NCBI GenBank assembly: GCA_008080735.1
Contig: SHMW01000003.1
Location: forward strand, 60,571-124,570
Length of the DNA: 64,000 nt
DNA from: Promethearchaeota archaeon
Lineage (GTDB): Archaea > Asgardarchaeota > Lokiarchaeia > Sigyniarchaeales > SOKP01
Direction: 5' to 3'
Part shown: positions 62,047 to 64,000 of the stretch, piece after piece
How positions within the stretch are numbered: the first letter of the stretch is position 1
Layout: every line of letters begins with the position of its first letter
The notes under the pieces: generated by a model
Database searches by the model: none
What the model was told of the DNA's origin: nothing
The model's input: the letters and a program-made list of their open reading frames with translations, nothing else
Translations under genes and position numbers: made by a program

Positions 62047-62545
62047 TTGAACTACCAGCCCCTAAAGGAGCGGGATTCTTGCTTCCTTGACTACCGCACC
62101 TAAATGGTGTCTTACACGATCTCCAAAAGCGTAACTTCCCGTAATCTCTACGGTAGGTCATGAAATGAGGGGGATACCTCTTTCCTCTAAGAGGCATATT
62201 CCCTCTTTCTCAATATTAGTAGAAGCATTCTTATCTCGGTGATGATGTGTGCCATATTCGATTTATACCACTTTCCCTCAAAATTATCTGCTAGGTCAAG
62301 AACCCTTGCTTTTAGAGCTTCACTCCTCTTGGTCTCTTTTATGCACACGGGTTGATGGTATTTTCCTATAACGATTAGGTGATAGATGAGAGAATAGACT
62401 CTATAGGGCTCTTTTCGATATTCCATTATGTAATTATTACCTTAGATTGGATAAAAAAGGTATACTTGCTTGAGTTTGTCATTTTTACACACATTTATTC
62501 ATGCCCTAAAGGACATGGCTTTCTGTGAAAAATGCTAGATTTATA
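62047..62545 (-). mobile_element. tnpA: Non-autonomous IS200/IS605-family remnant (left end, degenerate tnpA, tnpB 3'-end/omega-RNA-like region, right end)
   Basis: Subterminal hairpins CATGTCCTTTAGGGCATG (left) and GCTCCTTTAGGGGC (right, ending ...GGTAGTTCAA); tnpA-like VYSLIYHLIVIGKY; ACGGGAAGTTACGC...GAAGCAAGAATCCC typical of IS605 right-end regions. Confidence 0.8.
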
Positions 62546-62639
62546 AAAGGGAAAAAAATATTTGAGAATAAATATTTATTTATATACAGAGCATATTGAT
62601 ATTGAATTTTATAGAGAGATATGAAATGGGTGAATTTTC

Positions 62640-63632
62640 ATGCGAAAATTAGCTTCGATACAAAAAATTAGAAAAATTGAACCGATTCCAAATGCTGATA
62701 GGTTGGAATTGGCCCATATATTAGGTTGGAAAGTGGTCATAAAGAAAGGAGAATTTAAAGAGGGAGATCTTGTCGTCTATATAGAGGTTGATAGTGTATT
62801 ACCCGAACGACCCGAATTCGAATTCCTAAGTGATTATGGTTTCCGAATTCGTACAGTCAAATTAAGAGGTCAAATATCTCAAGGAATTGCTTTTCCATTA
62901 TCTATCCTTCCCAGAGATAAAGAATATTCCGTAGGAGAAGATGTCACAGAAGTCTTGGGGATAACTAAATATGAACCACCTATTCCAATCCAACTTTCGG
63001 GAGAGACCAAGGGACCATTTCCTCAATTCATTCCAAAAACAGATGAAGTGCGAATTCAAACAATACCTGATATATTAGAGAAATATAATGGAGAATCTTG
63101 TTATATTACTGAAAAAGTCGATGGGACCAGCAGCACATATTATTTAAAGGATAATGAATTTGGTGTATGCTCTCGGAACCAAAACTTAGAAGAAAGTGAA
63201 ACAAACCTCTTTTGGATTTTAGCCAATGAAATGGAAATTGAGGATAGACTACGAAAATTTGGAAAAAATATCGCAATTCAAGGTGAAGTACTCGGTCCAA
63301 AGGTGCAAAATAATAAATACAAGTTAGATCATCATGAGCTATTTATATTTAGTATTTTTGATATTGATTCTCAAAATTATATTCAATTTGAAGAATTTAA
63401 AGTACTTTCAGAACGTTTAGGTTTTGAAACTGTTCCAATTTTGGAAGAAAATTATAACTTAGACGACACAGTGGATAAATTGGTGGACATGGCAGAAGGA
63501 AAAAGCAGTTTGAATTCCCAAATCCCGAGAGAAGGAATTATAATACGAAGTAAGCGAGAAATTAATGACCCCGAATACGGAAGATTGAGTTTTAAAGTCC
63601 TTAATCCTTCATTTCTACTTGAGTTTGAATAA
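62640..63632 (+). CDS. ATP-dependent RNA ligase, DRB0094/Rnl5 family
   Basis: MRKLASIQ...ADRLELA N-terminal OB domain, KTDE.RIQ, TEKVDG (motif I), CSRN, QGE, F.IF, EGII, SFKV. Confidence 0.92.
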   Translation: MRKLASIQKIRKIEPIPNADRLELAHILGWKVVIKKGEFKEGDLVVYIEVDSVLPERPEFEFLSDYGFRIRTVKLRGQISQGIAFPLSILPRDKEYSVGEDVTEVLGITKYEPPIPIQLSGETKGPFPQFIPKTDEVRIQTIPDILEKYNGESCYITEKVDGTSSTYYLKDNEFGVCSRNQNLEESETNLFWILANEMEIEDRLRKFGKNIAIQGEVLGPKVQNNKYKLDHHELFIFSIFDIDSQNYIQFEEFKVLSERLGFETVPILEENYNLDDTVDKLVDMAEGKSSLNSQIPREGIIIRSKREINDPEYGRLSFKVLNPSFLLEFE

Positions 63633-63722
63633 ATAAAATAAATCGGATCATTTCTTGTTCAACCTCTCCTTTAAAACAATTTAATATAAAATTATATAGC
63701 TATTTTGATAATAGTATTATAG

Positions 63723-64000
63723 ATGAATGGAATTAATATTGATGAACTATTAGAAATTCTCCCAAAATTGATTCGGGAAAACGACAGAGTAAAAGGAGCA
63801 ATAATTTCTGCTCTATCCGGAGTGGTTGCTACCCATGAAGATATAGTACAATTAACAAAAGAAATGGACAAGCGCTTCGAGACCATGCAGCAGACAATGG
63901 ATCAACGCTTCGAGAAGATGGACAAGCGCTTCGAGACTATGCAGCAGACAATGGATCAACGCTTCGAGAAGATGGACAAACGCTTTGAGACAATGCAGCA
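63723..64000 (+). CDS. Coiled-coil repeat protein (DUF3782/DUF1626-like archaeal family), 5' part only
   Basis: MNGINIDELLEILPKLIRENDRVKGAIISALSGVVATHEDIVQLTKEMDKRFETMQQTMDQRFEK...; runs off the window edge. Confidence 0.75.
   Translation, partial: MNGINIDELLEILPKLIRENDRVKGAIISALSGVVATHEDIVQLTKEMDKRFETMQQTMDQRFEKMDKRFETMQQTMDQRFEKMDKRFETMQ
63864..64000 (+). repeat. In-frame 54-bp tandem repeat (at least 2.5 copies)
   Basis: Units start at 63864, 63918 and 63972, each encoding MDKRFETMQQTMDQRFEK; near-identical at DNA level. Confidence 0.95.

Noticed and set aside
892-63886. Numerous 60-160 aa ORFs antisense or out of frame within larger genes (e.g. 25407-25883, 51592-52008, 33084-33437, 63692-63886)
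   Set aside because: Shadow ORFs with no motifs, overlapping well-supported genes.
63864-64000. Repeat considered as a CRISPR array
   Set aside because: Contiguous in-frame coding units with no unique spacers, and no cas genes in the window.

Overview
AT-rich (roughly 30% GC by eye) archaeal chromosomal segment, most consistent with an Asgard archaeon (Lokiarchaeia). Supporting this are an archaeal SRP RNA, an archaeal-type uS10, longin/roadblock-like proteins, a RING finger, a Bud23-like methyltransferase and many Firmicutes-like metabolic genes. The window carries about 55 protein genes. They include a glutamate/redox cluster (FMN-binding glutamate synthase domain, guaA, NfnAB/SudBA, gdhA), three ArsB/NhaD(SLC13)-type permeases, two CDF transporters, argF, rps10, a Leu/Phe-type dehydrogenase fused to CBS domains, an RNA ligase and an RRE-bearing radical SAM/SPASM enzyme. 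There are also several decayed genes (HEPN/MNT, MNT, SDR) and a non-autonomous IS200/IS605 remnant. Best leads: (i) an unannotated 17-aa Tyr-rich ORF directly upstream of the PqqD/RRE-radical SAM-SPASM gene, a candidate archaeal RiPP system; (ii) an unannotated 46-codon ORF with an in-frame TGA in a C-T-G-U context followed by a structured 3' element, a candidate new small selenoprotein; (iii) a stand-alone C4C4 RING with Not4-like spacing; (iv) a Bud23/WBSCR22-like methyltransferase; (v) a rubrerythrin that has lost diiron ligands but carries four rubredoxin modules. All family calls come from motif recognition by eye; no database searches were run.
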